Made by a program: the position numbers and the translations under genes | Shown: piece by piece, positions 12,665 to 25,920 of the stretch | Layout: every line of letters begins with the position of its first letter | How positions within the stretch are numbered: position 1 is the stretch's first letter | The notes under the pieces: model-generated | Databases searched by the model: none | What the model was told of the DNA's origin: nothing | The model's input: the letters and a program-made list of their open reading frames with translations, nothing else | NCBI RefSeq assembly: GCF_040938485.1 | Contig: NW_027271016.1 | Span: forward strand, 1,054,001 to 1,118,000 | Direction: 5' to 3' | Length of the DNA stretch: 64,000 nt | From: Diadema antillarum | Taxonomy: Eukaryota

Positions 12665-13526
12665 CAGTATCCAACAGAAGTGAGTACACCCCACATGAGC
12701 ATCTGGAAATTCGAATGTAATTCTTCAAGTTGTTGATTTTAGATAACAAGTCTCACAGAGATAGTAAAAAGGACCTGGCGTGATAGGAATTGGGCAAAAA
12801 CTAGTACAGGTGTATTCATAACCTTAATTATGAAATATTATGCATATTTCATGAAAATAGTGGCAACAAAAGCAAGTACACCATGTGTAATATTTGCATT
12901 TAAATATGATCAAATCTGGAGTTTTATGGTCCCAGCATTTGCCATAATTTTCCTTAGCATAAAAAACATGTTGATATTACATGGTAGTGACCTTGAGTTT
13001 GTGTTCCATGCATGTAACTGCTTTTCTAAAAAGTTAGCAAGGGAGTCAGTTGCATGTTCGATGATTTCTCCTGACCACACTAGTCACACCAGTAGTAATG
13101 CACAGAGGAATACAAGAATTAAAGTGAGTCAAACCCTGACCACTCCAAGAAGTCATCAAACAGGAGTGAAACACAGATAAAAGAATGCGGAGGGGCATTA
13201 CAAGGCAGTGCCATGTCATATATCAACATGTTTTTTGTGCTAAGGAAAATTATGACCAGTGCTGTTGACCACAAAACCCCAGATTTAACAATGTTTCCAT
13301 GCAAATATTACACAGGGTGTACTCACTTTTGTTGCCATTATTTTCTCAGGTATGCATAATATTTCAAAATTAAGGTTATAAATACTAGTTTTCTGTCTCA
13401 AGTCATATCAGTCAATGCCATTTTTACAATTTCTGCTAGACTTGTGAGATAAAACAAATAATTTAAAGAATTACATTCAAATTTTTAAATGTTCACATGG
13501 GGTGTACTCACTTCTGTTGTACACTG
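12665..13526. mobile_element. Non-autonomous Tc1/mariner element with long IR/DR-type inverted repeats
   Basis: TA TSD. The termini are CAGTATCCAACAGAAGTGAGTACACCCC and the reverse complement GGGGTGTACTCACTTCTGTTGTACACTG. Inverted similarity extends more than 300 bp inward, and a second copy of the CAACA(G/A)AAGTGAGTACACC motif lies about 190 bp inside each end. Confidence 0.88.
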
Positions 13527-15379
13527 TATTTAGAGGAATTCAAATACCAACTTGTGATTGGACTGGCTATTACAAGAAAAATTCTTCATTTCCTTTGAAA
13601 TAAATCTATCACCAAGAGATACTGGTAGGTAATATTTCAACAGATATCACAAAATGTTGGGATTGGGTACCATGACCGCACAAATTTTGCTTTTCTTTTT
13701 GTGCATGATTCTTTGCATTTCACTGTCTAATCACTGTTTTGTCAGTCTTCAAGTTTTCTTCTACTTTTCTTAATGAGAAAAAGACCAGGATATGCATGAA
13801 GCAATGCGATATTCATTCCTTGTTAAATTCCAGACATGCAAGATCCACAGGTGAAGTTTTCCAGGTGGGTTGTACATTGTATTCGATTACTGTTACAAAT
13901 GGCATTCCTGGATAGTCTCTTTCATGTGACTGCTGAAGTATGGTGGAAATTATATTTTAAGTTTGCCAGTTAAAGTAGTACACACCAACAGTCAAATCCT
14001 TTGCAGGGTAGGGCTTTGTGAAGGACATACATACAAAGATCTTCATTCTTCCTTCGTCTGTGTTGCGTGTGTGTGACCACAATGACTGACCTTATTGCTT
14101 ATCATCCAGGAAGTGTATACTCAGCGTTCTTTCATGCTATAAGAGGGTCTGATATTGAGGAATTTATGAGTTCAAGCCCCCGCAAACATGACAACCATTG
14201 ACACATTCTCACTATCTGATGAGAAGCAAAGTGGATGAGATGGAAGAATGCAAATATGCTGCAGATATCCACTGTAATACACTGTGAAAACTTGTTGAGA
14301 AGGGTAGAACTCACAAGAAACAACACTGCAAAATGGAAACAAAGCCCATAATAGGTCAATTATAACAAACGTGGACACTAGCACTCTTCTTACACTTGAA
14401 CACTTGCAAGTCAAGTCTGAGCAGGAGGGGTATTGGTTCACTCAATTGATGGTAATGAAGTCCTGTGTGTGTCTGTTCTAAATATATAAAAACAATTCAA
14501 GAGAGTGGTAATGTTCAATACTGTACAAGCTGAAATTTATGTGGTTGTTTCATTTCCATGAATTTTGCAAAGAGCCTATAAACTGCAAAAAATAACAATG
14601 CATGAATATTAAAAGGCACAAAAATATCATTTCTAAAAGAAACAAAGCTATGCCACCTCTAGATCGTGTGCAACTAGTCACTACTGTAGTTTTAGCATGC
14701 TGCATGGGCCATGACGCAGGGATATCTGGGGCATAACATGCTAGTACAGTACTTTGAATGCAGAAGACAGTACTTGTTTATGTACAGACAATTATCAAGT
14801 AAAAAGGGTCAATACAAGTATTGTTGTTTGTTACTTATCTTTATTCATTTGTGAAAGGTGAAGTAATGATTTCTAGACCCTTGGGAAACACAAATTAACA
14901 ACATGCAAAAATGTCTGACAAGTTGTAATTTGCGATGATTATATCTGCACACAAAAATTTCAGCTCGTACAGTACATACATCTACTGGTTTGCACATTCA
15001 TCAATAGGCGGGTTGATGAATAATGTTTACAGGGTTAGGCTTATTTGCATACAGTTTGTCATATTTATAGAAGCAATAATTCAGGCTGGAATTCAGCTAC
15101 ATGCAATACAATTTTTTTATGCTGATCATAAAGCATGCAAAAACACAGAGATGTTGAAAATGGATCATCGAGCAGCAGCGATTTCAGCATCATTCAGCAA
15201 AGCCCAGAACCAGCTCTGTCGCACGATGTGCCCTATGGACTGTTACACAGCAAGTGTTGCGTTGCAGTTCCATCATAGACACAGGCTCATAAGTCAACCT
15301 ATACATTCTGTAGCGCTTCAGACATTCTGGCAGTTACTTTGGCATCAGCGACGTAGTGCGTATGATTGGAGTCAGTCTG

Positions 15380-17391
15380 TCAAAAATCGTCCTTGTATCT
15401 GACATAGCTCTTCACAACATTGGCTATGGGCAGGTCGCTGATGTGGCAAAGTCGCTGCTGACCTAGGGACCGTCGGATGACGAGACGACAGTGGTCTTGG
15501 AGAGATCGTGGGTTTCCTGGTGGGCAAAAATATACAAAACCAATAAACAAGTGCATCATACTGGTTTTCCTTTTCAGTTTTTACAGTGGCTTTGTGGCAT
15601 GATCAGATATGTCAACTTTGTCATGTACTGATTGATTTATACAGGAGAACATCTTTAAAGGAGAACATCTTTCTTCTGATGAGAAAAGGTAGCTCAAAAC
15701 CTCTGAAAAGGAGGGTGATGGCTAATAAATTGTTATTTTGATTGCTTATTCTTTTATCACTTCAGAAGTTCACTAAGCACATATTGTTGAAATATCCCTG
15801 GAAACCAAGATTTACGAACATGATGCCACTTTCCAACTAAATATATATCAGGCATTCACAAACAGTTATTCATTCAACCATTACTGCTGTAACTTATTGT
15901 TATCCACATTAAACATTCTACATTCATCTTGGAACGGGCACTGGTCTGCCGAACTGGATACTCATTTCTGACAAAGTAAAAACATAGAATATGTAACAGA
16001 TGCATTTATTATTTTTTTTTACTTACTTGAGGCTGATGTAAGTACTGACATGCAAGGTCCTGCATCTTCCATAAGGGTTTTATACATGGACAATGGGGTC
16101 TTCCCCTCGTCGTTGAGGGCATGACTGTCAGCCCCAAACATACAAAGCAATGAGCAGCAGTCCACATCATCCTTCATCGCCGACAAATGTAGGGGCGTCT
16201 GCCCATCTTCAGTCCTCCCAAGGTTGGGGTTTGCGCCGTGATTCAGCAAGAGCCTGGCCAGGGCCGTGTTCCCTTTCAAGATGGTGTACCGCAGCGGGAA
16301 GCCACTCTGTATGTCGATGTCTGAGCCATAGTTCAGGAGGAGTTTGACGCATGGCAGTTTCTCCCGAATGATTGCCAGCTGGAGAGGGCTGGTACCCTTT
16401 GTGCTTAGCGCCTCCACACGTGCTCCATGTTGAAGCAACATCCTTACGAACGATTCCCTACCATAGTGGGCCGCCACATGGAGCGGTGTCCAGCCGTCTG
16501 AGCTGGGCGAGTTCACTAAATCATACTTATCGTCCATGTCGTACTCCAAAAGGAGTTGGGCAAGTCTTGTCCTTCCATGCATCGCAGCATAGTGCAGACA
16601 TGTGAATCCTCCAATACCATCTTTAGCACTAGGGCAACCTGAGGTAATATGAGAAGTTATACATGAAGAAGAAAATACATCCTGTAGGATAACATAATAA
16701 TGCATAAGACAGCCACAAAAGAAATTGTAACATTTAGTGTTTTTAAACCGGTGAGCAATATCTCTTCATGAGAGTGTTTCTATACTGGTGAGCAATATCT
16801 AAAATATTGTGCCTAACTACAATTATTGTAGTATCAATGTACTGGACATTTGTAAAGAGACATATCTGTTGAGTGAAGACTTCAAAAAACTAAGACCTTA
16901 CTGGAAGAGCATCACTCATTTTCTCATCAGTGTGTAAAGCATGTTGCATACATTCACATCATCTATGGGAAAGAGATTACAAAGACATGATCTGGCAGAT
17001 ACTAATATAATGAGAATCTCTCCAAGCACTCTCCACTTGCTTGATATCAATGGGAATGGTGATTGAGAATATGATCCAAAGTGCCAGAGGCATGACTTTG
17101 ATGATGATAATGTTGTAATAGCATGCTGTCAAGATGGTTGTGTGCTGAAATATGCAGTCATCTCTCACCGTCGTGCTCCAAGAGTGCCCTCAGGACTCGT
17201 TCCCTCCCACGAGAAGAAGCCAAGTGTAGCAGGGTCCAGCCATTACAGTCTGCCTCATTGGGAGACAGGCCGATTGAAAGCAGCTCCTTCACACGCTTGA
17301 CGTTGCCCACGGCGACTGCCTGGCGCGCTTCCTGGTTGATTGGGTCCATGCAGCTTAGCCGCCGGGCCCCCTTCCGGGTAAGAACCCTCAT
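15380..17391 (-). CDS. ASB7: Ankyrin repeat and SOCS box protein 7, about 323 aa, join(17169..17391, 16027..16638, 15380..15516)
   Basis: The ankyrin repeats NGWTLLHLASSRGRE, GGFTCLHYAAMHGR, DGWTPLHVAAHYGRESFVR, KGTSPLQLAIIRE and EDGQTPLHLSA closely match vertebrate ASB7 as I recall it. The last exon, absent from the ORF track, encodes the SOCS box RNPRSLQDHCRLVIRRSLGQQRLCHISDLPIANVVKSYVRYKDDF*. Both joins are phase 1 with GT-AG. The start may be the ATG at 17391 or at 17349. Confidence 0.95.
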
Positions 17392-18926
17392 CCTTCTCTG
17401 ACAATAATGTGAGCAGAGGACCAACCATACTCAGGCAATTAACACTGCACAGGTTACCAAATCAATTATCAACAAGTTTGCCACAACACGTATTATTCAA
17501 CACAAGCATTTCAGCCATCTGCAAGCAAATTAACATTTTTTTTTTTTTTCACTCAAAAGTTCGCTGGACACGGTATTGTGAATGTCATGATGTGAGTGTA
17601 GGAGAATACATAAAATAATGCAATGTGCTTTGAGCCTTTGTCAATTTTGTAGGGTAGGAACGATCAACTTTATACTTAAAAATTTATAGTTTAGATCCAA
17701 GTTCCTACACCAAGCAGTCACTGAGTCAGCTTAATTTACATTACAACAATACAAGAAGATAGTTCCTTTCCCTTTTAATACATCATTTATTGAACGACAC
17801 ACTGATGGTAAATGTGGCTAAAATAAATAATGGCTATTTAATTTACGGAGGCATGACATGGTTAGGAGACGACTGAGGGAGAAGAAGCCCAAATTTCTGG
17901 TTACATTTTTACAAATAACTCGAGATGAAAGTACACAGACACAAAAGTGTGCATATGGGACTACACGGATCGGATGTCTCTCGTCTCAGACGTAAGCTTA
18001 TCGGTGCGATGACCGATGCTAGATATTCTGTTTTGTTTCATTATATGCCTCGTCTCTGTAGATCTAGACAAGCACAGATGAAAGTAAACGGTGTGAAATA
18101 TACTTACTACATAAACGATGAAGCTGTTTAGGTCATAGATGAGGCTTTCACGGGGGAATTACTTCTCGACTTCTCTCTGAAATCTACGTGTTTTGTTGCT
18201 TATCACGTCTATGATGGTGGACACGAAACCATCGATTTCGATCCGATCTATCGCTATCGCATATTGATGAATGTGTACTGGCAGAATGATTTCACGAACG
18301 TCGAGCGATTGCGAGCCGATTTCGACGGGGCACCTGGTATTATAATGGAAGGGCGAAGATGGGGCGGGGTGCGCGGGGCAGGGGGTGGAGTGGTGGTGGT
18401 GGTGGGGGGGGGGGGGGGGGGGTTGACGGGGAGGGAGCTTTAAATGCCACGAGTGTATACTAGTATTTTGAACATAATTTCTATACTAGTACATGTATGA
18501 TATATCCCCACATACTACAGGGGCGCAGGGGCGGATCCAGGAATTCCATAAAAGGGGGGAGGGGGCGCATTTTTTTTCATTTCTTTAGTTTTAACAAAAA
18601 ATAAAGAGGGGATGCACACCCGGTGTGCCCCCACCTGAATCCGCCACTGTTCTATGTCAAAAGTTTATATTCATTCGGAAATTTATCAAGCTGTACACCA
18701 ACAATTTACAATGAATTTTCAATACGTGGCGCACAAATATTGGGCACCTTGCCCTTTGTCAATCACTTGACAAAAGGCAAGGTACCAGAAAATATATATA
18801 CTGCATAAGTTTCTGGAGGAATTTTTCAGTTCTCTGCTAGTGATATTGTTTGACCAACATGTGGACTACGAATTACTGAAATATATGTAGGCCTACGTGT
18901 ATGTATATATAATATGATAATATATC

Positions 18927-18965
<39 letters not shown>

Positions 18966-19944
18966 TTATACATGCATACAGACACACCTGTTCATACTAG
19001 GACATGTATTGACACCATTTTTCAGGTCTAGCAAGATCTGCTGTGGAGATAATTTACACTGTATTTGATTTTATCAAAATAAAATATGGAATCGGCAATA
19101 TTCTGTACACAAAAAATATTGTATTAGTATTTTCCTAGACATTATAGTTATTAAACCTAAAGAATTCTTCCAAGTTTTTTATTGCAACTGATAGACAAAT
19201 TGCCCTTTGTCCATATAAATAAGCATCAATTAGTGTTTTAGTATGAGCCATGATATACAGTATAATCAGTGCTGATTTAGGTTGTCATAGAGCAATTTAT
19301 AAATCAATTGTAATTACAGAGTCATATGATGTTATAAATTCAACATGCTCTTAAAAACAAAGCATTATACAGTATTTCTCTGTAGATATAATTTCATTTC
19401 TGTACCCAGAACTCTCATTCAATAAATCATAATTTTAATTCGAGTGTTTTTTATGGCATGTACATGTACAGTGATGAAGTTTGTTTTGTGTGTGTGTGTG
19501 CATACAAAGTAAAATAAATTACATGCAGCACAGCATATGCTTGATTTTGTGACACCATCAAAAAGTATATAGCATGTCTGCACATGTATTTAGAAAATGC
19601 TTGAAAGACTAACTTTCTTTTGATCGACACTCACAAAATTATGTGTAGCACACATCCATGTCAACTCATTTCAAATTAAACGGCTTTCAGAAAGAGTTTG
19701 TGAGTTGGCACATGCTACTCTGTCAGATTTTTCAGAGGCATTCATTGCAAAATAAGCGTAAATCATGAAGATCATATTTGAAGGAAAAAAATCGAGAAAG
19801 AAAAATCTCAAAATTGTACTGCCTTTGCAACTATGTGTACATGAACCCCCCCCCCCCCCAAAAAAAAAAAAAAGTTCTGAAGAGTGAGCTAAGAATGCAA
19901 TACAAATGCCTAAAATGTTAATTTCTTTTTTTAAGTTGGGGGGG

Positions 19945-20087
19945 GGGGTGGCACTTCATGAAGAATTTTGTCAGATTTTTTTTTTTTCTGACATACTGTT
20001 ATAAGTGACTGAAATCCCTGCATTTATTGGGAAAGCAAATTTGTTTGAAACAAAATATCTGACAAAATTCTTCATGAAATGCACCCC
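19945..20087. mobile_element. Short MITE with about 30-bp TIRs
   Basis: GGGGTGGCACTTCATGAAGAATTTTGTCAGA / TCTGACAAAATTCTTCATGAAATGCACCCC. Confidence 0.7.
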
Positions 20088-21306
20088 TGGACTTCTAAGA
20101 TACACAATAATAATTACAAGAGCTCTGATGAAGACCAAATGGTATTAATTTGTCTATTTCCTTCTACGTACATGCATGACTATTATTTTCAAGTGATTGC
20201 AAAGCTGTCCAGAATGTTGTTTTGTTTTCATTGTTGCTTTTTACACTCCTACAAACCATTTGTAATTTAATCAAATTATCAAGAGAAATACATGCATACT
20301 TCATGTAGACATGATGCAGTATGTACATGTGTAAAGACATCTTTTATTTGAAAACTGCACTGCTATGACATCTTTCCATAACATTTGCTACTCTGTAAGT
20401 TATTTCAGTAATAAGAAACCAAAGATTTGCCACAGGTGTAAAGAATTGCACACACAATCAACATTCTATTCCATGTACAAATTGCATGTATATTTACTCA
20501 GATATAATCATAAATAAAACAAAATCATAACAAGCCAGCAAACAATAAGTTTCTTTCATCATGATCCCATCAAGATGAAGAACAAATATTTGTGAGACTC
20601 ATATCATTCACACTTGCTTATGAATGGAGAGGCTTAGGCACAGAAAACTGGCTTTATCAGAGAAACTAATAAAATGAAAAACAGTTCTAGAATGAAAGCA
20701 TTAAAAAGCAAAACACACAACCCCTGAGCAGCCATTGAGAGCATCAACTGGTCATTACAAATAGTTGATATTGTTACTATTCACTCTTTTCCTATTCTTC
20801 ATCATTCTGTTATTTCGTATCTTGTTTGATGTTGCCTCCCTATTCATCTACTTTTGTATATCCTTCACAGGTTGTCCCCAATGATTGTGGGATCATCTCA
20901 GGCCCACCTCTGCCTTTTGTCTGTTCACCCCTTGCTTTAATCCCCCTCCCTTACCTGTTTGGCTCCCTGCCTTTGACTTCAAACCCATCCCTTTTGTTTT
21001 CTTTGTTCTGTGTCCCTAAAGCCCTCTCCTGACTGTGCTCGTTGTGTGAAGTCCTTATAATTATGTGATTGCTTTCCCGGTTTGTTTGTCATTTTGACTC
21101 TGATGCTGATTCTGCTAGGATCGAAAGCTCAGGCCCCTTTTGATTCCATTTGACTCCATTGGCTCACTACTATTGATTAAGTCAGCATTTTCTGCAGCTT
21201 TTTTTTTTTTGCTACTTTTAATTGATAAGGAATCACTGTCTTTGACCAAACAGGTGGAGGGTCAGTCCTTCATGATATCTTCTCTTAAACAGGATTAGTG
21301 ACAATG

Positions 21307-22053
21307 TCAGGACCCAAATGCCTCTTCAAATGCTTCTGGATTGATCACATGTCCATATCGCAAGGTGTAATACAACGTCTGTTTGGTGCTGTATCGTTCA
21401 AGTTTCTTCACAATTTCTCCTTCTTTATTGCCCCCTTCACCAAGAGGAACAATATCGTTCACTGGAACCAGGAGATCCTGTCGGGTGCCCCAGAAACTCA
21501 GGTGCGACACTTTGATGACATGTCCTTTTTTGTGCATGTACATTGCTCCGATTACTCTGCGAAGATAGAAGCTCATGGCATACAGCATGAAGAGGGCAAA
21601 TGTTGCTGTGCCAATACAAAACTGCAGCTGCCAAGTTGCTACCACGCCAAGAGAGTGATAGTAGCCGAGTGGTGGGAGTATTGCAAGAGTGAGACAGGTC
21701 TGGGCGATCTTGACTCTAGATAGTACTCGCAACCCAACGATAGAAGGGAGGCGATAGAAGGGGATGAACTCTGGAAGTGTTTCTTGGGATAGGACACCAT
21801 TCTGCTTCTGTTGGTGCCTCATGAAAAGAGTTGATGCAGGTTGGCATCGCATTAAGTTTTGGTTTGAGATTTGATACAGCACACATGTCCTTGGGATTAA
21901 ACACCCAAATTTGGGGTTTAGCGTGTCCTGTAATGATTTGCAAGGTATCACTTGTGACCTTCCTGCTATCGATAGTTGTCTTGTTATTCCTGCGAGGTTG
22001 GTGCCTCGTGTGCTGGTCAGACATCGCAGTATCGTGATCTGCATGATTAACAT
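21307..22053 (-). CDS. TMEM186: Transmembrane protein 186 (mitochondrial complex I assembly-associated), single coding exon
   Basis: The C-terminal 140 aa (SRVKIAQTCLT...LRRVIG...KVSHLSFWGTRQD...RYSTKQTLYYTLRYG) match the TMEM186 family. The N-terminus is Arg/Ser/Thr-rich with no acidic residues, like a mitochondrial presequence. The acceptor tttgcag| is at 22076, and the first in-frame ATGs are at 22053 and 22044. A probable non-coding exon upstream ends at 23229 (C|GTGAGT). Confidence 0.9.
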   Translation of the reverse strand: MLIMQITILRCLTSTRGTNLAGITRQLSIAGRSQVIPCKSLQDTLNPKFGCLIPRTCVLYQISNQNLMRCQPASTLFMRHQQKQNGVLSQETLPEFIPFYRLPSIVGLRVLSRVKIAQTCLTLAILPPLGYYHSLGVVATWQLQFCIGTATFALFMLYAMSFYLRRVIGAMYMHKKGHVIKVSHLSFWGTRQDLLVPVNDIVPLGEGGNKEGEIVKKLERYSTKQTLYYTLRYGHVINPEAFEEAFGS

Positions 22054-23629
22054 CAACAGACCCTCAGTGGCATTTCTGCAAATAGAACGTAAAAAGGGTG
22101 CACATAGCAACTATCAAACATTCACCTGCTTTAGTGGCATCATTAAGTGTACTAATCATAATTATCTACACTTATATATATATTTCTGCCCCCCCCCCAA
22201 AAAAGTACTACTTTACATGTATTTGAATACCAAACCTCACGATGGAATGTGTACCAGGTATCCATACAAAAAAAAAGTTCAAAAGTCCCCAAGACCTACA
22301 CTGTAGTGTGCTGGGAATATTTGATACCAGCTGAAATATCTGAATGCATGGGGACTTTGCATGAAAAAAGTTCTGCCATGCACTTGATACAGTCTAGTAA
22401 TAGTATTTATGGACAGCAATTGACAGACATCACTGAGTGATACTGACTGTATGCTGCATCAAACTTCACAGACTAGCTTGTAGCTGCTAGCTGTGGTTTG
22501 GATATGCAGGCTCATGTCTGGACAGCAAACTTATGATGGAGATACAGGTCAGTCATGACTCTTAATAGAGCAAACTCCAATCATGCGATCATATCTCTCC
22601 CCTCCCCCCCCCCCCCCCCCCCCCATCTCATTAAACATGAATCCAATGAGTCCACTGTGCCACAATTAGTGCCCACAACACTGGATCTGGAGCTGGCCAC
22701 TTTAAATTGCAGCTCAGTCATACTACAGTACAGATAACTATTATCAGTGATTATCCTAAATAGGATATCCTACTCCTCTGTATGTAAGGTGAGTTTGATA
22801 CTACTAAAAAGCCAGGTGCTATTTTACTCCTAAATTTACTCCTTTCCTTCCCCTACCCCCTAACCGTTAGCCCCTTTCACCTTGTGTGGAAATAAATTAC
22901 GAGTTACCCATTATCACGTAACTGAATGTTTTTTGCTCAAGTCCTCAAGGTACATGTCTATACGTAAATACTAAATTACATATCAAATTCAACCTAAATA
23001 TAGATTCCACCTCCCCCCCCCCCCCCCGATTCAATGAAAACATCACTGAAGGTTTGACACTTACCCAAAGTAACACGTTTATGGACATGTCGGACTAAGT
23101 GAACTACAGTCAACAGACTCAGTATTACTATTAGTAGTACTAGTAGTAGTACACCTGTAGAACATTTATACGTCTAGATATCTATCCGTACACAAAACGT
23201 TTGACTTTGAGTGAACAAATGTACTCACGCTCATCAGCGACGGGGAAACCGGCAAGTAACTCAAGGAGAAGGGATCAATACGGCAATACACATGGGTCAT
23301 GCGGCCATGTGTATGTGGCGTGGGTGGGTCACCGACATCGCACGACGATCTATGAGAGGCACCATCAAGGGTATCGCAGTGCTAGTGAACGTGTGGTCCA
23401 TGGCACTAGTCCATGGGCATTAACCAGCGTTGCCAGGTCCCCACAGAGCAAAATCACCAAAAAGCACGTGAAAAATCACCAAAGCCATTAAAAAATCACC
23501 AAATTTGGTAAAGCGTAGGTAAAGCTTCAATTTCAAGACAAAATGATGTCCATTGTCAATAAACCTTTATCAAACACTCTGCGCGCGTCTCGGTGCAATT
23601 TACGGCGCGCCGTAGTCACACACACTTAA

Positions 23630-25920
23630 AGATCCTATATGAAGGGAATAAATGTTCGTAAAATTCGTTTGTAGATGAAATATATGTTGGTAATTGACCA
23701 ATTATGCAAAAAGTTTGGCTCAAATCCCCGCAAGCATCTAGATATCCGCTATTTGCAAGTCCCAAACATCCCCCTCCCTCCCCCTCGAAAACCAGCCACA
23801 GTACGGGACTCCAAAAGTTGTGACGTCACGCCAGGGTAGTTAGAGCCACGGGCCCCGGATGCTCTGTAGAAAAGCATTTGGCATCGGGAAAGAATTTCTG
23901 TCAATTTTTTTTCAAAGTCTGAAATCTCTGCTATTTATACTTTTGACACCAACTCTTTACTGTTTGTCTACACTTAATAGTATTATCATGAACTGCTTCT
24001 TCTCAAACAATTATTTTGTATTACTATGATCTGCAACAAGCCCAAATTTCACACAATTATCACAATTTTCTCCTCATAGTTTTGGTGCGAAAGTAGATCC
24101 GGTCGGCCGTCGGTCGGTATGACGTATCACCTCGCAGCTCGTATCGTATGCATTGTACGTACGTACGTGCGGTTCACATTTGTATCATCGTAACTTTTTC
24201 ATAGCGGTTCGTTTCGAAATTTCGCGTCGATCAATTTTGAGCTTTCACTCCTTCCGAAAATGGCCGAGAACAGTGAGTTATCAGAGTGATCTTTTTATGG
24301 ACTTTGAGGAGTACGTTAGTGAAGAGGAATGAAGCGACAAAAGCAGAGAAGGGGACGAGAATATAGACGAGGACGATGGAAGTTGGGAAGATGTAAGCTG
24401 GGGAGAGGACGATGGAGAAGTGGGAGAGCAAGGTGCTGTCGACGTCAATCCAGCCGGGGAAGCAGCGGCAGGGCCACGGGTGCCGCAACCCTATGAGCCG
24501 CTGCCTTTCGATGGAGATGGAATGGCAAACGACGGGGATGCTCCTCGTCTCGATTTTAGACATATTCATTAAGACATATTTCAAATTTCATGGCGAAATG
24601 ATGTTTCTATCTTGAGAAATTTAACTTTGAAATCACAGCAATATCACCCCATTTTTTTACGAGCACGCATGAAAATGTGACCCAAATCATGTTTGCAAAC
24701 AACGCCGAAAAGCTGCATTCGCGTGTGGATCTCCAGCGATCAGATAATGAGCGTACAGCGGTTAGAAAATACGCGTAACAAGCGCAGAAGCCACTCCCCC
24801 TATGTGTTGTCATACCCTGTGTGCGCTGCGTGCGTACGTACGTGCTCGGTATTCAGTTTACATTCGATTCACATGTACCGTATTGAGCGCCCTACAACAC
24901 GTACGAACCCCGCGTATGTATGCAGGCGCAGCTAGCTAGCAGCAGCTAGGCAGCCCCGCCGGTAAAATTCGGGGAGCCGAGCGGACGAGAGAGCATCGCG
25001 ATTGCAAGCCAGGGCAGCCGGCATGGCGAGCATGGTTACGTTCGCACTTTGGCTAAGCGGACATGATTGTATTCACAACCGACTTCTCGGCTTTATAGTG
25101 CCAGTGACTCGAGCATCGCGAGTGCACTTTCGAAATATAAATGCCATATAAATGAACAACGATAAGATCATAACCAATCCACAAGTAAACTAATAATAGT
25201 AGACAGAAATTTAGTCTGGTTGTTTTGCAAGACGTACGTGATTTGTGAGCGTGACTGTATCCGATATGTACAGTACAGGGTGCGTGCTATGCTGTGATGC
25301 GTGTTGTAGGCCTATAGGAGCTATCGCAAGCGACACCAGCCCAGTTTCCTGCCTCGATATGCACATCATACACAACACATACACACACACACGTAGTGAC
25401 ACACACACACAGAGGTAGCTCTTTGCTGGCAGCATCTGGCGTCCGCACCGTACCGCGCGCTGGCACGTACAGAGTCGCATCACTCGCGGATTAATCTTTT
25501 ACGCGGGACGTTATTTTTCCAACCAAAATAAAACTAAAAAAGTCCTCTCAAAATTCTAAATTTTCTGAATATTATGTGATGTATCAAAAAATCGTTCACT
25601 AGAACATTTTTTTCTAATAATTCTTAAACAAATTAGAACATAAAATCCATCATAAGAGAGCGATATGACGCAATTTTAAAGCTTTGACAGCACTGCATTT
25701 GCGTGGACATAAGAGGGAATACCCTTACGTGACATCATAATCTAGGGGTCTTGACTCAACGGGGAATAAGGCTTCGATATTTTGACGAAATTTGAACGCA
25801 TATTCCTCAAAAACCAACCTTTTTAGGGGTTTGAAAGATGTGAGATAGGAAAGTATGGTTAATAAGCCTTTCAAAAACACAAACAGTCCAGTTTTTGGCG
25901 ATCGGCTTCTTATGTGAACT
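23630..25920. mobile_element. Kolobok-type element nested in the hAT element
   Basis: TTAA flanks both sides (23626-23629, 25921-25924). The termini are AG...CT with imperfect TIRs AGATCCTATATGAAG vs AGTTCACATAAGAAG (11/15). TGACGTCA-like subterminal motifs and a disrupted acidic ORF lie inside. Confidence 0.65.
24260..24572 (+). pseudogene. Disrupted acidic ORF inside the Kolobok-type element (possible KolX N-terminal relic)
   Basis: With one frameshift near 24287 and one TGA it reads MAENSELSE/DLFMDFEEYVSEEE*SDKSREGDENIDEDDGSWEDVSWGEDDGEVGEQGAVDVNPAGEAAAGPRVPQPYEPLPFDGDGMANDGDAPRLDFRHIH*. The family assignment is inference only. Confidence 0.4.

Noticed and set aside
11700-15380. Possible pseudogene or extra gene downstream of ASB7
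   Set aside because: Hand translation of several minus-strand stretches gave frequent stops and no recognisable motif. It is best read as 3' UTR or intergenic DNA with a Tc1 insertion.
21298-21723. Plus-strand 141-aa ORF and other ORFs overlapping TMEM186, ASB7 and ACER exons (for example 46404..46835 -, 46412..46759 +, 17123..17401 +)
   Set aside because: These are antisense or alternative-frame shadows of real coding exons, with no recognisable family motifs.
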